From: a virus
Lineage: Duplodnaviria; Caudoviricetes
Virus record (IMG/VR): IMGVR_UViG_3300038828_000048
Coordinates: 58,260 to 122,259 of that record
DNA length: 64,000 nucleotides
Reading direction: 5' to 3' (one strand)
The position numbers and the translations under genes were made by a program. This document shows, piece by piece, positions 61,944-64,000 of the stretch; position 1 is the stretch's first letter, and each line of letters begins with the position of its first letter. The notes beneath the pieces are model-generated. The model saw only the letters and a program-made list of their open reading frames with translations, was not told the origin of the DNA and did not search any database.

Positions 61944-62035
61944 TTATAACAGCAGTTTGGCAAAAGCTGCCATTAAAAATTCGTGCGAAAATTGAGCATC
62001 CGTTAGGCAGCCTTCGCATGTACTTGATGTTATGA
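61944..62035 (+). repeat. attC-like site 3 (chimeric right end)
   Basis: TTATAAC-AGCAGTTTGGCAAAAGCTGCC...GGCAGCCTTCGC-ATGTACTTGAT-GTTATGA. Confidence 0.7.
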
Positions 62036-62039
62036 CACA

Positions 62040-62276
62040 TCAAGATTCAAGCTGTTCTAATGTCATTTTTAATCCTGATGCAACTTCATATTCTTCTATA
62101 TCAATATGATTTTTTATCATTAATTTTAATTGTTTACAATATTCTTCTATCGTGCAATTATCCATTGAACACATTGATTCGTAATTAATTCTGCCTATAA
62201 ATCTTTTTACATCTGGATTGTTATTTTTGTCAAGAAGAATAGATGATGTGGTTTTAAAATACAATTTATTATTCAT
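62040..62276 (-). CDS. Cassette 3 gene B, hypothetical
   Basis: 78 aa; IEEYE.AS.LK UVR-like tail. Confidence 0.55.
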   Translation of the reverse strand: MNNKLYFKTTSSILLDKNNNPDVKRFIGRINYESMCSMDNCTIEEYCKQLKLMIKNHIDIEEYEVASGLKMTLEQLES

Positions 62277-62683
62277 GATAATATTAATTCTTTGCCAGTA
62301 AGAGAAAAGTATAAGTTTTGAAGCTGATGCACATACTCAATATTGTGTGGAAGAAAAAATAATTGATCACCTGTAACGTTATTTACTTCTCTTAATAAAA
62401 ACGATGTATAAGAATGTAAAGATTTAACAGATTCTAATTTATATCCATCTTCTATTTCAATTTCATAAGTTGTGTCATATTCGTTTTCATATTCGATAAA
62501 CCCTAATTTTTTAAACCATTCTTTTGTTAGTCCTATCGGATAATGGCAACTTCTATCTATTTGATTTTCTTGATTTGTTAAAATAGACAACAACTTATTA
62601 TCAACTATTTTAATTTTTACAATTAGGTCAGCTCTTAAATATTTAATTATGCTTCCTATTCTTAATTCATTTAATGGTATCAT
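62273..62683 (-). CDS. Cassette 3 gene A, hypothetical (NELRIG family)
   Basis: NELRIG...PI.LT.EW...GF...YVHQLQNLYFSLTG.EL. Confidence 0.7.
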   Translation of the reverse strand: MIPLNELRIGSIIKYLRADLIVKIKIVDNKLLSILTNQENQIDRSCHYPIGLTKEWFKKLGFIEYENEYDTTYEIEIEDGYKLESVKSLHSYTSFLLREVNNVTGDQLFFLPHNIEYVHQLQNLYFSLTGKELILS

Positions 62684-62716
62684 TTTTATTTAATTTAGTG
62701 GTTAATAATTGACGTG

Positions 62717-62780
62717 TCATAACAGTGTATAAGACGATATTTTCTTTCAGAAAAACATCGCTTATACTTGTACGTTATGT
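62717..62780 (+). repeat. attC-like site 4 (intact, extrahelical A)
   Basis: TCATAAC-AGT-GTATAAG(A)CGAT...ATCGCTTATAC-TTGTAC-GTTATGT. Confidence 0.75.
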
Positions 62781-63155
62781 GACAGATAAGGTTAGTTCTT
62801 CACCTATTGATGAATAGAAATTTTGTAATTCATGGAAATATTTAAAATAAGTATCCAATGTTCGCCAATTACGAATACAATGAACTCCAAGCGGTAATGT
62901 ATAGCCTAATAAATACCTATGTCTTTCATCAGACCACTTTATAAACCAATTACTATCTTGTCTCTTAAATATAACCATGTCTCCGCCGTTTATTTCTTCA
63001 AATCCAAAATTTAATAACCACTCTTCAGTAATAGGAATAGGATTATCTGGTTTCATTCCTTTCTCCATATTAGATAAGTAATGTCCAGTTATTATCAAAT
63101 CTCTACCGTCACTTTCTAAATAATTTCCGATTCTTAATTCATTTTTATTTATCAT
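62775..63155 (-). CDS. Cassette 4 hypothetical (NELRIG family, paralog of 62273..62683)
   Basis: NELRIGN...PIPITEEWLLNFGF...HELQNFY; stop lies in the GTTA box. Confidence 0.7.
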   Translation of the reverse strand: MINKNELRIGNYLESDGRDLIITGHYLSNMEKGMKPDNPIPITEEWLLNFGFEEINGGDMVIFKRQDSNWFIKWSDERHRYLLGYTLPLGVHCIRNWRTLDTYFKYFHELQNFYSSIGEELTLSVT

Positions 63156-63190
63156 TTCAATTTTATTTTAATACGTTAATTTTATCCGTC

Positions 63191-63255
63191 ACATAAGAAT
63201 GTACATAACGACATGATCTTATCAGATCACGATCGTATGTACTTTTACGTTAGCA
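63191..63255 (+). repeat. attC-like site 5 (AAC mutated to AAG)
   Basis: ACATAAG-AAT-GTACATA(A)CGA..TGATCT-TATC-AGATCA..TCGTATGTAC-TTTTAC-GTTAGCA. Confidence 0.7.
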
Positions 63256-63259
63256 AACA

Positions 63260-63463
63260 TTAAGAATAACTGATACCCATAATTGGCATCCATTCTTTTA
63301 TGTCGCTTTTTGGTACTTTGACCGTTCCGCTCCACGTCATCACAGTCCATTCGTTACCCATCAAAAAACCTCTTGTCCAGAAATCTTGATGATGAGATGT
63401 GTGTTTTACAAATACATTGTAGCCGTGTATCGGCTCTTCTAATTCGGTTTTTTTAATTTCCAT
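63260..63463 (-). CDS. Cassette 5 hypothetical protein
   Basis: 67 aa, ends EWMPI. Confidence 0.6.
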   Translation of the reverse strand: MEIKKTELEEPIHGYNVFVKHTSHHQDFWTRGFLMGNEWTVMTWSGTVKVPKSDIKEWMPIMGISYS

Positions 63464-63476
63464 AATAATTAACGTT

Positions 63477-63512
63477 TGCTAACACAAGCTATGCATGTAC
63501 TTGACGTTGGCA
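63477..63512 (+). repeat. attC-like site 6 (internally deleted)
   Basis: TGCTAAC-22 nt-GTTGGCA. Confidence 0.6.
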
Positions 63513-63516
63513 GCAA

Positions 63517-63735
63517 TTAAAAGAGCGACAGCTTATCCGTCAAATACTTTTTAATTATTGCCTTTTGTTCATCTGTGGTGTCGGACAAATCCATTTGCAC
63601 ACCATTAATAATTTGAGCAATGTAATTCCAACGTTTTTTCATCGGGGCTTCATTTATGCCTTCAATTACATCTGCAATGTGGACGGTAACATCCATATTT
63701 CTGTCAATTCTTACTTCAATATCTATTGTTTCCAT
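63517..63735 (-). CDS. Cassette 6 hypothetical protein
   Basis: 72 aa between sites 6 and 7. Confidence 0.6.
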   Translation of the reverse strand: METIDIEVRIDRNMDVTVHIADVIEGINEAPMKKRWNYIAQIINGVQMDLSDTTDEQKAIIKKYLTDKLSLF

Positions 63736-63752
63736 TTGAAAATATTAACTGC

Positions 63753-63884
63753 TGCCAACAATATATTGCCAATAGTGGGGCAGACGTGCCACAATTGAGC
63801 ATTGGTACTACTATTTAACTTTGTGCTGATGATGGGCAGTAGTGCCTTGAAACCCCACCATCGGCAATACTCGGAACGTTATTT
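63753..63884 (+). repeat. attC-like site 7 (long, intact)
   Basis: TGCCAAC..TATTGCCAATAGTGGGG...CCCCACCATCGGCAATA-CTCGGAAC-GTTATTT. Confidence 0.7.
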
Positions 63885-64000
63885 CTCTATCTTTAAAAGT
63901 GGGCCGCCCATGAGCAGACGGCCCTATAACAACAATAAAAAACAACCGTTTATGTGGGGCCACCATTAATAGCCCAATACCGAAAAGCCAACTCCGTATA

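Larger units (their letters stand above)
60536..63884. mobile_element. Integron-like gene-cassette array (6 cassettes, 7 attC-like sites)
   Basis: Repeated AAC-[imperfect palindrome]-GTT sites between genes; each cassette's GTT-starting left end is the reverse complement of its own AAC-ending right end. Confidence 0.8.

Noticed and set aside
55353-63798. + strand ORFs 55353, 58304, 58940, 63565 and the nested - strand ORF 55793
   Set aside because: They overlap well-supported - strand genes.
60536-63884. CRISPR array or simple terminators
   Set aside because: Spacers are whole genes, the repeats differ from each other, there are no U-tracts, and cassette-specific end pairing is not explained by either.
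1-64000. Stop-codon reassignment as in some crAss-like phages
   Set aside because: Standard code gives dense, very long ORFs; TAG, TGA and TAA all end genes; only two isolated internal TAA seen.
1-64000. tRNA or rRNA genes
   Set aside because: No cloverleaf or T-loop signatures noticed in the few intergenic gaps; not machine-scanned.

Overview
AT-rich segment of a Bacteroidetes phage genome that looks crAss-like (Crassvirales-type); standard genetic code, TAnnTTTG promoters. 1-50.1 kb (+ strand) is the late/virion module: Cys-rich structural and fibre proteins, a lysis cassette (holin, M15 endolysin, spanin-like), tail ring, IHF-like and muzzle proteins, three probable ejected proteins with a repeated [YF]xxGG/Q[YF]GG motif, and a 6,783-aa polyvalent virion RNA polymerase (DFDVD catalytic loop, lysozyme-like N-terminus, several HExxH modules). 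50.1-64 kb (- strand) holds early/accessory genes: macro domain, ATP-grasp, dNMP kinase, a split ThyX and a Mom-like DNA modifier. Three homing endonucleases have inserted there, two leaving orphaned gene ends and one splitting thyX. The most striking feature is at 60.5-63.9 kb: an integron-like array of six gene cassettes separated by seven attC-like sites. Each cassette has its own 14-16 bp complementary terminal arms with an invariant A/C mismatch at position 11. Genes lie antisense to the apparent canonical attC orientation, no integrase is in the window, and four of seven sites are damaged. All family assignments come from motif recognition, not database searches.
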